This document shows, in pieces, positions 22,559-35,500 of a DNA stretch of 64,000 nt. The stretch covers positions 249,238 through 313,237 of the forward strand of contig RHPI01002955.1 of the NCBI GenBank assembly GCA_009103225.1. Reading direction: 5' to 3'. Each line of letters starts with the position of its first letter. The first letter of the stretch is position 1. Origin of the DNA: Chlorokybus atmophyticus (taxonomy: Eukaryota > Plantae > Mesostigma and Chlorokybus algae). The notes under the pieces are model-generated. The model ran no database searches, was not told where the DNA came from, and saw only the letters and a program-made list of their open reading frames with translations. A program made the translations under genes and the position numbers.

Positions 22559-25105
22559 ATATGAGTTCATGAAGCGCATGACATGCGCGCCCATGAACTC
22601 AAGAACTTGTGAATGAGTTATGAGACTCTTGTGCCCCTAGTGCCCTAGGCACTTGGGGGCACAAGCCCTCATTAGAGTGAGTTGTGAGTCACAAGCTCCT
22701 TATCTAATTGCTTCCCACGTCAAGCACGGCGGCGCCATCCTTGACGTGGGTGGTGAGTGTGGTGAGAAGGTGTGGACGGAGGCGGCCCTCCACCATGGTC
22801 ACACGGTCACAAGCGAGTGCCCACGATAATGGAAAGGAGGTGGCGGCCACGGCCGCAATGGCGTTGCTAGCCGCCAATTGCTCATTGCGGCCTAAGAGTC
22901 CGCGTCGTGAGGTGGAGGAGGGAAGGATGGAGAGAGAGGAGGGAGAGGTGCGCCCCGCCGGCGGTGGGAGAGAAGAGGAGGTGAATAAGGAGGGTGGTGG
23001 TGGAGGCGAGGATGAGGAGTTCGATGAGGAGTTGGATGAGGGCTTTCGCCCAAAGCGCCCAAATCGGGCTCCAAGTCCAAATCGCTCTACCACCCCGTCC
23101 ATGATGTCCGTGGAGGACATGGCGAGGAGGCTGGAGGTGTTGGAGGCGGAGAACATTCGCTTAAAGCATGGGAAGGTGCCGGTCATCCCTTATAAGCCCG
23201 TCGCCAACGAGCCCACCCACCCCCTACTTGTGAGCATCTTTCGCCGCTATAATGGCGACTCCACTAACCCCAAAGCTCGAGTGGGAGCTATGGCCACCCG
23301 CTTCAGCGAGCCCGTGACCCCTTGGAAGGAGAACTTGAAGAAGCGGGCTCGACAACACCTTGAGGTGGCGGCTCATCCCGGCTCGGCGGCATCCTCTTTC
23401 GTCAGGGTGCCTGCGCACCTTGCCGAGGACCCCCACTTCGCCAAGGCCGAAAGTTGAAAGGTGGGCTCATTTTTTGTTGAGCACCGCCATATGCACGCAC
23501 ATCCGGCTCCGGACTTCGCCCACGCACGCTTGCACATGCGTGCATTATGGGCCTTATGAAGGCGCCAGCCCAGATAGCTACACACTCATTCAATTAGCTA
23601 CATGCGTTCCGCATCCCTCCTCCCCCCATGTCCGGAGGGGGGGGAGGGGCCCGCACTTAACACCATTATATGTTCACCTCTGCATTCACATTATAACTAC
23701 CCCACAGCAAAGGAACGAGCACAACAGGGCACAACATCTGCATTTGCATGCGCATATGCATATAATAGGTATGGGAACGGATTGTGGTGCACTTGGCGCT
23801 AGACCCAGTGGCTTTGAGCCCGTAGGAACATGCAATGTGTGTTGCTCATGTGTGCTCTGTGCGCAGCATTGGATGAGGTGTGTAAGCAATTCCACTATGT
23901 GGAAATGGCCAACAAGCATGAATGGAAGGTCGTAGACGAGCTGGTGCGCAACCCCCTCGCCATGGATGATGATGAGGCAAAGCGCCTACAGAAGGCGTTA
24001 AAGGATGTGGCTGCGGCGCAGCCCAAGCCCAAGGCAAAGCCTGCCTACCATCCCAACAAGGGGCGGGGCCAGTACCCCCCCCCGCTACTTGGGGTCCTAT
24101 GCATCGGGTGCGGGGCAGACCAGTTACCGGACCGCTCCTATGCAGTCTCAGGCAGCTTCTACTGGGGGCCAGCGGGATGTCCGCACCTGCTACAACTGTG
24201 GGAAGCCCGGGCACCTGCGTGCCTATTGCCGTGAGCCTGCAGGGCGTGGGGGCCATTAGCTCTCATAGTAGCCCCGTAGCTGTGTTATAACAGCCTAGTA
24301 GCTGTACACTTGTACGCATATATTGCATGTACTTGCTTTTGACGTCTTAAATGACCCTCGAATGGAATTACTCTGAGTTCATGATTATGACGCAATGACG
24401 CTGAAGTAGAGCCAAAGAACGTGCAATTTTAACACGGTTTGCTATGGTTGCGACTTGTTTGGCTCATAACTTTCGGTTGATACCCCGGCCAGACGAAAGT
24501 TTCTTGATATTTAGAGACTCCTCGGCTTAAGCGCCGAGAAACGCTTCCTTCTGAACGTTTCCATCGAACATCGTTTGCAAAAGTTATGACCTTGCCAAGA
24601 TGAGAGTGCATGCACTCACTTCGTGCGTATACGGGGTGCAGAAACGGCGGCAGCGTGCATAGTGGCACTTGACTACACTTTAATTGAGTCGGTGGTGGAG
24701 GACTGGATGAAACACCATGTGTTTGCACGAGCACCTAGCAATTTGGTGGTGGAAGGCTTATATATGAGGCACCGCTTATGGCGGGCCCTGCCAGCATGGC
24801 AGCAGTTGTGTGAGTCTGCCATGGTGCTCGCGTGGGTGGAGTACGGGTACAAGCTACCTTGGGCGACTGACCCACCCCCGGAATGGGCATTCACCAACCA
24901 CAAGGGTGTACATGAGTTTGCGGACTTCACTGCGGCTGCCATTGCCAACCTAGTGCATAGTGGGGCCGCACAAGAGTGTGTGACACCCTACCTCGTGGTG
25001 AGCCCTCTCAACGTGGTTGACAATGGCCGCAAGCTGCGCCTCATTATGGACTTGCGCTATGTCACCTCCTACTTGGTTGACACGCCATTGAAGTATAAGG
25101 ATGTG

Positions 25106-25494
25106 TGTTGAGAACTAGTGATGCGCCTAGTGTGTGTGTATTTGCCTCCTACATACAAGTGTGCACACTCTCAGGACAAGTGCAGCAAGCACGCCAACTA
25201 TAAAGACAATGTGCGACCCACTGTATTAAGCAGTATACAGTGTCTTATACACTATGCTACTAAGTACTAGTCAACTCTAGTCAACTCTAGTCAAAGTCAA
25301 CACTAGTGAACACTAGTCAATGGTCAAAGTCAACGGTCAAAGTCAAAGTTGACCATGGTTGACCATAACTGCCGTAACTCCCGTAACTCTCCTAACTCTC
25401 GTAACTCCCGTAACTATAAAGGTTAAGCTAATCGTACCAACTACATGTAGGCGCCACCTATACATGTACTTTCAACAAGCTATAACATTTAACA
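25106..25494 (-). mobile_element. Copia family A solo LTR inserted in the DIRS RT
   Basis: 389 bp, 5-bp TSD ATGTG; RT reading resumes as LKYKDV|RSIPDLL. Confidence 0.95.
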
Positions 25495-26589
25495 ATGTGC
25501 GCAGCATTCCAGACTTGCTGCAGCCCGAGGACTGGTTGTTCTCTACGGACTTGAAGTCCGGATACCATCATGTAGACATACACCCCACCTTCTGGGGCTA
25601 CTTGGGGTTCTCATTTGCGGGCAAAGTGTACAACTTTTGCTCCCTGCCGTTTGGGTTGAGCACATTTTGCTTTTTATTCACTAAGCTGTTGAAGCAATTG
25701 GTGCGCCGTTAGCGTGTACAATGCATCCGCGTCCTGCCATACATTGACGATATCCTGTTTGCTGCTAGCTCCAAGGCTGCGCATGCCTCCACCCTGGCCG
25801 TAGTGAAAGCAGATGCAGCATGGTGCGGTTTGGTGATCAATGCCAAGGCGCAAACGGTGTTCAGTCGAGTGATTGTATTCCTGGGCTTTGTATGGGATAC
25901 ACACGCTGGCGTGGTACGTGTTCCTGGCAAGAGATGGTTTGCTCCGAGATCTGCAGCGTGCTTTTGGTGAGAGGCGCCATGTCCCAGTAAAGTTGCAGGC
26001 CAGGATTTGTGGCAAGCTACAATCTATGTTCTTAATGTTAGGGCCTGCAGTCAAACTCATGACTTGGCATACACGCCGCTTGATTGAGACGCGCCGCTCC
26101 TGAAATTCACACATGGTGCTGCGCAAGGCGGAGATTGATAAGTTTACGTGGTTGCTAGACCACTTCGAGGAGCTGAACATGGCACCTATTTGGCCAATAG
26201 CGCAGCCGGATATAGTGCAATTTGTGGATGCTAGCGGCACCGATGGGGGACTAGTGCGCCATGGCACAGCTACCCCCGTGGCGAAAGGCACACTCACACC
26301 GGCTGAGTGCTTGACTTCATCCACATATTTATTGCGAGCTACTCGGACTTGAGCGTGCCCTACTCACTGTGGAGGAGGAGCTACATGGACGCACGGTGCT
26401 CTGCTATGGCGATGCCCGCAATGTGTAGTACATTATGCGTCAAGGGGGCAGTGAGGCCGAGCACTTGCAGCAAGGGGCATGCCGTATTTTCTTACATTGC
26501 TACCGGCATTGCATCCTCTTGCATGTGGAGTGGTTACCACGTGAGCTCAATGAGGAGGCGGACGCGCTTTTCAAAGCACTGAATTGGAA

Positions 26590-27040
26590 CGGTTGGACCT
26601 TGCAAACCCCATGGGTCAGCTTGCTCGCCCGCAAGTGGGGCGCCTTTGATGTAGACCGCTTCGCCACGGATGCCAACATTGTGTGTGTGGCCTTCAACTC
26701 GGTGTTGCCATGTCCGGGCTCATGCGGCAATGCCTTTCACTCTGACTGGAGTGGTTGCAACAACCGGTGCCATCCCCCACCACACCATGTTGGCACTGTC
26801 CTGCACCATGCCCGCGAAGGCAAGGCTCACATGTGCCTCATTGTGCCCGAGTGGACAACCCAAACTTGGTGGCCCGTGCTCTGCCCCGGTGGGGTGTGGG
26901 CACCATTTGTTACACATGTTGTGAGCATACCCAGAGGCCCAGCCTGCTTGTGGCCTAGCCCTCAAGCCACGCAACTGCAAGGGGGCTTGCCCAATAGTCG
27001 CATGTGGGCATTGCGGATTGACTTGTGTCCTGGCCATTGA
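26590..27040 (+). CDS. DIRS-type DNA N6-adenine methyltransferase-like domain (degenerate)
   Basis: WGAFDVDRFATDAN...AFHSDWSG...HPPP...LIVPEWTTQTWWPVL, the usual D-x-FA / (N)PP / P-W-x-W pattern after DIRS RNase H. The catalytic NPPF appears as HPPP. Confidence 0.8.
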
Positions 27041-27089
27041 CACATGTTGTGTGCAGCTGCTATTAAGCGTACCTATAATTGCTCATGCC

Positions 27090-28040
27090 CAACGTCTTCG
27101 GAGACTAGGAGATTGAGCGCGTGCGCACCTTATACCCGGCAGTGGCAACGGCGTCACGTGCTACTAGCACCCTCCGCGGCCATGAGGGCTACTGGCGCCG
27201 CTTTGTGGAGTTCTGCACGCCTCGTGGTTGGGCTGCCCTACCAGCAGACCCTGGCACAGTGGCCCTTTTTTTGACCAAGGTGTTGGTGGATTCCACCACC
27301 CCGGCATCTGTGAAACATGCCTCTTCGGCCATACATGCTGCGCATAACATGGCAGGCTAGGCCTCTGCCACTACGCATGCACTCATTGATGTGGTGCGTG
27401 AGGCCGCTGCTAGGCTGCTCCCATCGAACACGCGGAAGAAGGACGCCTACGCGCCTGAGCTCTTGCGAGCCATGGTCTCGCACTTTGCACGCAACGGGTG
27501 GGACTTGGTAGCCAGGTTGCAAACGGTGGCGGTGCTGTTGCGGTTTGCAGGTATTATGCGGTATTTCGACGTGGTGGAGGTCAACACGGCGGACATTGTC
27601 TTTCACCCAGGCCGCATGGATATCATCATCCCGCGCAGCAAAACCGATCAACACGGTGTGGGCGCCACAGTGCATATAGCTGCTGTGGGTGGTGATTTGT
27701 GCCCTGTGATGCACACCAAAAAGTTGTTATTTGCCTAGGGATATCGGCACGCGGGCTCGCGCAAGTTGCTGCGCTCCATTATACAGGTGGGGGGAACGTG
27801 CATTATACGCAACACCGTGGTACCATATGGCACCATCTTTGGGAGAAGGCAGCCATTAAGGCGGCAGGGGAGGACCCCACGCGCTTTGGCACACATTTTG
27901 CCCGTTCGAGAGATGCGACCCAAGCCGTGAAAGCTGGTGTGCCCTAGCACATGTGGCAGCAATTCGGGCGTTGGAAGCCTGCCACTGCAGCTAAGGGCTA
28001 TGTGTGCGCCGCGTTGCTTGAGTTGCACAAGCTAACAAGG
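27090..28040 (+). pseudogene. Tyrosine recombinase of the DIRS element, with stops
   Basis: N-terminal SAM-like region (YWRRFVEFC...VALFL), then IMRYFDV, IPRSKTDQHGVG, GTHFAR, FGRWK. Confidence 0.85.
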
Positions 28041-29612
28041 AGCCTCACCTTAGGTGGTACGCGCTCAAACTGTTTTTATCCATCTATCGACCCATAGCGA
28101 CCCCCCAACATGAGTTGTGTGTTGCCTATAACTCGTGTGTGAGTTATATGAGTTCATGAAGCGCATGACATGCGCGCCCATGATATCAAAAACTCGTTAA
28201 TGAGTTATGAGACTCTTGTGCCCCCGAGTGCCCTAGGCACTTGGGGGCACACGCATTCACTAGAGTGAGTTGTCAGTCACAAGCTCCTTATCTAGTCGCT
28301 TGAAACCCTAGCACGGTGGCGCCATCCTTGGTGTGGGTGGCGAGTGTGGTTTACTATTCAGGTGTACAGGCTTCTCAGGCTTCGACCTTTGCATCAGCGG
28401 CAATGGCGCCGTCACTAAGTCGAAGACCGAAGAAGCGCGTAACTTTCGCACATGCCGTGAAGAAATAGTTCCCAAAGTTGTAGCCTAGCACCCTAGTGCA
28501 GACGTTGTTTATAGGTCAGCTTGTATCTGTACACTTGCGCATTTGTATTATGCTGCACTTGGGTGATGGGTGTAGCCACCGTGCTATTGACCCATAACGA
28601 TCCCCCAGCATGAGCTGTGTGTCGCATATAACTCGTGTGTGAGTTCTCCTCGCCTAGGGCGATGCGCTCTTCAAGCCACCAAATAGAATGGTTGGACTCT
28701 ATAAACCCCTTGGGTCTACTTGCTCGCCCGCAAGTGGGGCCCCTTTCATGTTAACCATTTTGCCACAAACGCCAACACTGTTGTTAACGGTACTGGGCTA
28801 GGCTCCTTAGGTAAATTTCTATGATCATCTTCACCTTGACTATTACAGTCAACAGCCATTATGGCAGTTGTAGTTCACTATGGTCGATAATGACTTGGAC
28901 CCTTGACTTTGGCTTTGACCGTTGATTTTTACATTGACTAGTGTTGACTAGCACTCACTAGTGTACAATATATTTAAGATACTGTATGTTGTGCAATACA
29001 GTAAAATCCACTCTGCTCTACTTTTTAACGCCACTAGTGCGTGTGCATTGCTACTACTGTGCAATCTCAATGGCGTATGTGCCAATACTAGCGCTTGTTG
29101 CACGATGCAAGTCTGCTAAAGAGTTGTGGCAAAAGTTTGCAGTTGTGTATAATCAAAAATTATGCTAGGAAGTTGCAGTTGAGGAAGCAGTTAAATGCTT
29201 TGAGGAATTTCCTAAACTTGTCCTCAAGTTCATCTCGCGACCTAGGCAATTGTGGGATGACTTGCTCGTCATTGGTCATAGAGCGAAGGAGGTGGAGGTC
29301 GTTTGGGCAATCCTCGCTGGCCTACCCAAGGAGTACGAGATTATTGTCACCATGAAGTCATCTAGTGAGGAGTTCACCCTTAAAGCGGTCACCCCACGCA
29401 TGTGACAAGTCGAAAACGGGCATGCACTTCACGCCATAATGATGCTGAAGCTGTGGCATTCATGACACAATCCAACCCACGCCCCAACAACAACAATAGT
29501 GGTGGGAAGAAGGAAACGCGTGCTTGCCAGTATTGCGACAAAAGGGACACCTGAAAAAGAATTGTCAAAAGTTGAAGCGCGATCAGCAACAAAAACAAGG
29601 TTTTGATAGGTA

Positions 29613-31933
29613 CGTTGAGAACTAGTGATGCGCCTAGTGTGTGTGTATTTGCCTTCTACATACAAGTGTGCACACACTAACACAAGTGTAGCAAGCACGC
29701 CAACTATAGAGACAATGTGCGACCCACTGTATTAAGCAGTGTACAGTGTCTTATATACTATGCTACTAAGTACTAGTCAACACTAGTCAACTCTAGTCAA
29801 AGTCAACACTAGTCAACACTAGTCAATGGTCAAAGTCAATGGTCAAAGTCAAAATTGACCATGGTTGACCATAGTTGCCGTAACTGCCGTAACTCTCCTA
29901 ACTCTCGTAACTCCTGTAACTGTAAAGGTTAAGCTGATCGTACCAACTAAATGTAGGCGCCGCCTATACATGTACTTTCAACAAGCTATACCATGTAATA
30001 CTCCCACGCGAGCAGCTTGACCTTGAATTCCAAGTTCTTCTTGAAAGCTTACCCACATTAACTTACTCTATTGATCACTCCCATGGATGTGTTGCTCCCA
30101 CGGACTTAATGCTTGTCTCCATGACACCATCCTTCTCCTTGTGTTGCTAGCAGGACTTCAAGGTTCCAATACTCCTTGTTTCCTCCTCATATTTGTCGTA
30201 TCAGGTTCAACCACACCACGCCTAACCTTGCTCAGGTGGTTTTGAAGACTCCCTCAATGGCAAACTATGCTAAAAACCACACTGAGTTCTCTACCTTAGC
30301 AATGCTGTACCAGAGTGTAGGCCGTGCAAGGGTTGATCAGACCCTTCATCCAAGGAAAGCACCCCTCCCATCTCCTGTTAGCTAGCTATACAATTCAGTC
30401 CTTGCATGCCAATCAAATGAAGTATTCTAACCAGTACCGCACACCTGTGTGCTACCAGAAGAAACAACTCCACAGCAATGCAACCTCTAGTGTATGTAGC
30501 TCAACACCAGCAACAGATCATAGGCTAGCAGTAATTCTCACAGACCTTTATGTTTGCAACCTCCGTCTACACATGTCCTTCACGCCCTTGTAGTGGGAGA
30601 GGACGGACGAACACCATCCACTGCAACTCCTTGAGGTCCTCACCAATATCAGAAAGCAATTGCCATCGTGGCGTGCTTCTCCTTGGTTGCCTCATCGTGG
30701 ATCCTCTTTTGGCACTCGCGAATGAAGTGGCCCTTCATCTTGCAGTAGTGACACTCTTTGTCACGTGATGGCTTCCCACCCACTGCTTTGCTCCTGCTTC
30801 GTGTGTGTTCAGAAGATGAGGCGGCAAGTGCGATAGGTTCTCCACCATTCTCTATCTCCTGAACATCCAACTTGCCTTCCACAGCTAGCAGCTTAGGCAC
30901 TACATCAGCAAACTTCAAAACCACATCTGAGGACCCAAACACAGTCACTAGCGTAGCAAAGCTCTTTCCTAAGCCAGCTAAGACTGCCCACAGGACCTCC
31001 TCTTCCTTCACATCGTGGCCCACTGCTGCAAGGTCTTGCCAAAGCTCCCTTGCACGCCAGATGTACTTCTGAATTGGCTTTTTGTGCTCCATCTTCAGAA
31101 TTGTCAGCTTGCGTCTCAGCTACAACTTGCGCGAGTTGCTGTTGGCCTTAAGGAGGGTGTCGAAGACCTCCCACGCCTCACGTCTAGTTTTGCAATCCGC
31201 GATAAGAGGGAGATGGAAGTCTTTGGCGTGCAAGCCTATCAGCGTAAAAGCTGATTGTGAGTTCTCTGTCCAGCTACCAGCGTCACCAGTTCTTGACAAT
31301 GATGTGGAGGAGGTGGGGTTGACAAAACTTTGGAGCTTTTTGCGGATCAGCACCAACTTCATCTTCAGCGACCATGAAGCGTAGTTGTGCAGATCAAGGG
31401 ACTCAATGGGCATCTTATCTGTGTCAGCCATTGCTTGCTACACAATAGTACAACTCACCCTCTCCCAAAGAACACTCTACTAGTAGGCGCCTATGCTCAA
31501 CACTTTCTCTCACTAGCACAAGCTATCACACAAGCGAGTGTGGGCCCATAACCTGTTGAGAACTAGTGATGCACCTAGTGTGTGTGTATTTGCCTCCTAC
31601 ATACAAGTGTGCACACACTAAGGACAAGTGCAGCAAGCACTCCAACTATAGAGACAATGTGCAACCCACTGTATTAAGCAGTATACAGTGTCTTATATAC
31701 TATGCTACTAAGCACTAGTCAACTCTAGTCAACTCAGGTCAAAGTCAACACTAGTCAACACTAGTCAATGGTTAAAGTCAATGGTCAAAGTCAAAGTTGA
31801 TCATGGTTAACCATAACTGCCGTAACCCACGTGACTCTCGTAACTCCCATAACTGTAAAGGTTAAGCTGATCGTAGCAACTACATGTAGGCGCCGCCTAT
31901 ACATGTACTTTCAACAAGCTATAACATTTAACA
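29613..31933 (-). mobile_element. Gag-only Copia family A element (TR-GAG-like), complete
   Basis: LTRs 29613-30000 and 31554-31933, TSD AGGTA, PBS GGTTATGGGCCCAC 31540-31553, gag 30649-31431 with one stop, no pol. Confidence 0.93.
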
Positions 31934-32190
31934 AGGTAGGCTATAGCACTTGCTGCCAGCACCATTGCTATCGAGAGTGCTTGGTTGGTTGTTTGGTTTT
32001 GCGTGCACACAGCACATGACCCCACACAGCCATGAGGTCTAAAGAACATCATAATCTGAGCGCTGTTGCTGGTGTGAAAATGAGCTTTGGCAACAAGCTA
32101 CACTCGCGAGCTGTGGGAGTAGGCTCCGTCATCCTACACACTATGTGGGCGGATACTACATATAAAGTGGCCATGGAGGAGGTAATCCAC

Positions 32191-32560
32191 TGTTGAGAAC
32201 TAGTGATGCGCCTGGTGTATGTGTATGCGCCTCTCACATACAAGTGTGCACACACTAAGGACAAGTGCAGCAAGCACGCCTGCTATAGCGACAATGTGCG
32301 ACCCACTGTATTAAACAGTATACAGTGTCTTATACATTATGCTACCAAGCACTATTCAACTTTAATCAACTCTAGTCGAAGTCAACACTAGTCAATGGTC
32401 AAAGTCAATGGTCAAAGTTGAAGTTGACCATGGTTGACCATAACTGCCGTAACTCTAATAATTCTCATAACTCCCATAGTTATAAAAGTTAAGCTGATGG
32501 TACCAACTAAATGTAGACGCCGCTTATACATGTACATTCAACAACTTATAACCTTTAACA
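32191..32560 (-). mobile_element. Copia family A solo LTR
   Basis: 370 bp flanked by TSD TCCAC. Confidence 0.93.
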
Positions 32561-35500
32561 TCCACGTGCCGGGACTAGCCTCCAGCCTGTTCTTTGTCCA
32601 AAGAGATACAAGTGCAGGCGCCGAGGTTGACTTCACTGCTAAGAGGAGTCGAGTCAAGGTGAACAACATTGTTGTTGCAGAAGGCACATTGTGGGAGAGT
32701 GTGTACTGCATTACACTAGATTGCTAGCATGCGATGTGTGCGACAGTCAGTGCATCCGCTATAGCTCATCCTTAGCATCGAAGTTAGGACATCTTTAGTG
32801 GGACAACCTGGCTGGACTGGTTGCTGAGGACATGGTGGAAGGAATTGACATTAAAGAGGAGGACATCAAGGCAGCAAAGGTGCCCTTTGCGAGACCTGCG
32901 TGTTGAGCAAGATGCGTAGGCAGCCTTTTTCTACCTCCAACCGCACCACTTCAGCACCGTTGCAGCTTGTGCACATGGACATGTGCGGTCCCACGCCAGT
33001 CGCGTCTATTGGAGGAAGTTGGTATGTTGCCACCTTCTTGAAAGACTTCATCAAGATATCAGCCATCGTTTCAGATCTGCCAAGTTGAATGTTGCCGCTG
33101 TTGTGAAAAAGACGCTTACTTTCTTTGCAACACACGCAAAGATCAAGGTATTGGCATTGAGGAGTGATAGGAGTGATATTTTTTTATTTTTTTTATTTTT
33201 TTTTTTTTGCCGAGCACCTAAACCAAACCTTGAACAGCTATTTGGAGGAGCACGGCATCAAGCATAAAAATTACGGCATCTTACACACCTGAGCAAATTG
33301 GTGCAACTAAGAGCCTCAATCGCACACTTGTGGAGCGTGTGCGTGCCATGCTTATTTATGCAGAGCTTGGCAAAGCCTTATGGGCTGAAGCATTTATTAC
33401 GGCCAGTTACATTCGCAACAGGTCACTTACGCGCAACAAAGCCAAGACCCCGTGGGAGTTTATCTATGGGGAGAAGCCCAATGTGACGCACATGCGTGTG
33501 TTCAGCCAAGGCTTGCCCACACATCCCCAAGCACCTAAGGAGAAAGCTTGAGAATGTGAAGAAGACAAGCGCCTTCATGGGATACGAGCTTAACTGCAAG
33601 GCATGTAGGATCTTGCTTGAGGGTGGCAACGTTGTGGTTCGACGGGATGTTGTCTTCGACGAGACAGTGAAGCCGATAACACCTCAACACCTGTGAAGAA
33701 TGACATAGCAGAGCTTGAGGTTAGTATTGCGCCCATAAACATGGTTGTTTGTGAGGAGGTCATTTGTGAAGAGGTTGTTCCTAGCATTGCACCACACCAT
33801 GAGGAGAAGTTAGTTGCACCCATGGAACAGTTTGATAGGCGCTGCCCTGTGAGACACAGAGCGCCACCACACTTCACATAGCGTTTTTTGTCTTCAAGCG
33901 CTGCAACCAGCGAAGAGCAGGAGCCGACCACCTATCGTGAGGCGACCACAGCTCCAGATGCAGAGTTGTGGCATAAGGCCATGGATGAGGAGATTGCTTC
34001 GCTACATGCCAACACGACTTGGGTACTCGAGCAGGTTGTACAAGGCGTCAAGCCTATACCTGTCAAGTGGGTGTACAAGATCAATGGGGACGGCAAGGGC
34101 AACGTTGAGCGCTATAAGGCGTGACTTGTAGCAAAGGGCTTCTTTCAACAGGAGGGAGTTGACTATAAGGTATGTGCACTTGCTAACAAACACACAACCT
34201 TCAGGGCACTACTTGCCAAGGTTGCTGTGAAAAATTTGGAGCTGCACCTTCTCAATGCGAAGACTGCCTGTTGTAATGAAGACTTGGACGAGCAGATATT
34301 CGTGCAGCAGCCTTAAGGGTACGAGGAGGGAGACTCGGGTAAGGCATGCTTGCTGCATAAAGCTTTATATGGGCTTAGGCAAGCGCCGCGAGTTTGGCAC
34401 ATTTGACTCAGCAAGGAACTGGAGAAGATAGGCGACAGCAGTCTACTTTAGACCCAGGGCTCTTCATTAATGAAGACGGACAGGTGTGGCTGTTGGTGTA
34501 CATGGACGACATCGTCTTGGCATCTGTAAGTGTTTCGGCACAATAGCAAATGCTGGTGGCATTGATGTCTGCAGTTGAGATGCGCAATTTTGGAGATGCA
34601 CACTTGTTCCTTGGCATCATCGTCACTAGGGATAGAGATGCAAAGACAATTGGAACAACTCAGAAGCAGATAGTACTCGACTTGCTCAAAAAGTTAAAGG
34701 TATACGCAAAGGGCAAGGCTACACCACTGAGTGTGAAAGTTTAGCTACTCACAGCAGAGACACTACCTCTGTGCTTGACAGTGCTATCTACCCTTATGGT
34801 GAACTTGCTGGGAGCCTGATCTACTTGTCCAGTGCCACGAGGCCTGACATTGCATAAGTCGTGGGAGTCTTGGCGAGACACGAGTCAGCACCCACCGTAA
34901 AGCATTAGACGGCAGCAAAAGGAGTTCTTCGCTGTCTTAAAAGCATACATAACATGGGTATTGTTTCGGGATGAAAACGGACATCACATTATAGGGCTAT
35001 TGTGTTGCAAACTATGCTAAGGACCTCGACACAAGGAGGTCTACCATAGGTTACACTTTATCAATGGGAGCAGGCGTTGTAAGCGGGAACAGCCGACTAC
35101 AACCAACCGTCGCTGCATCTACCACGAAGGCCGAGTATATGGGGTTTTCATCTGCAGTGAAGGAAGCATTGTGGCTTCGCAAGTTGGTCCTAAACCTTAG
35201 ACATGCACTAGAATGTGTCACCATTGCATGCGACAACCAAGGAGCGCTCAAGTTGAGCTTGCACCCCATCCCACCCGTCAGGTCGAAACATGTTGACATT
35301 ATGCGCGAATTGGTGAGAGAGACAGTTTCATGAGGGGAAGTGGAGCTTATGTACTGCCGCATGAAGGACATGCTCGCAGATTGCATGACCAAGCCATTAA
35401 CACCCACGAAGTTCCAGACATGTTGCATGGAGCTCAGAGTTAAAGGCTAAAGATGCTTTCGTGGAAGTGTTAAAGGTACTTAACTAGGCGCCTTAGCTAA

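Larger units (their letters stand above)
22559..28645 (+). mobile_element. DIRS-order (PAT/TOC/kangaroo-like) tyrosine-recombinase retrotransposon with split direct repeats, degenerate
   Basis: A1 22559-22765, B1 28085-28145, A2 28146-28350, B2 28585-28645. Gag with CYNCGKPGHLRAYC ~24190; RT (DLKSGYHHV, YIDDILF) 24700-25900; RH ~26100-26590; adenine MTase-like domain; recombinase (RSKTDQ, GTHFARSRDAT...FGRWK) ~27100-28040. Confidence 0.92.

Noticed and set aside
24330-24625. Possible MITE between DIRS gag and RT (CATAACTTT…AAAGTTATG)
   Set aside because: AT-rich with a short inverted motif, but no terminal inverted repeats or TSD could be defined.
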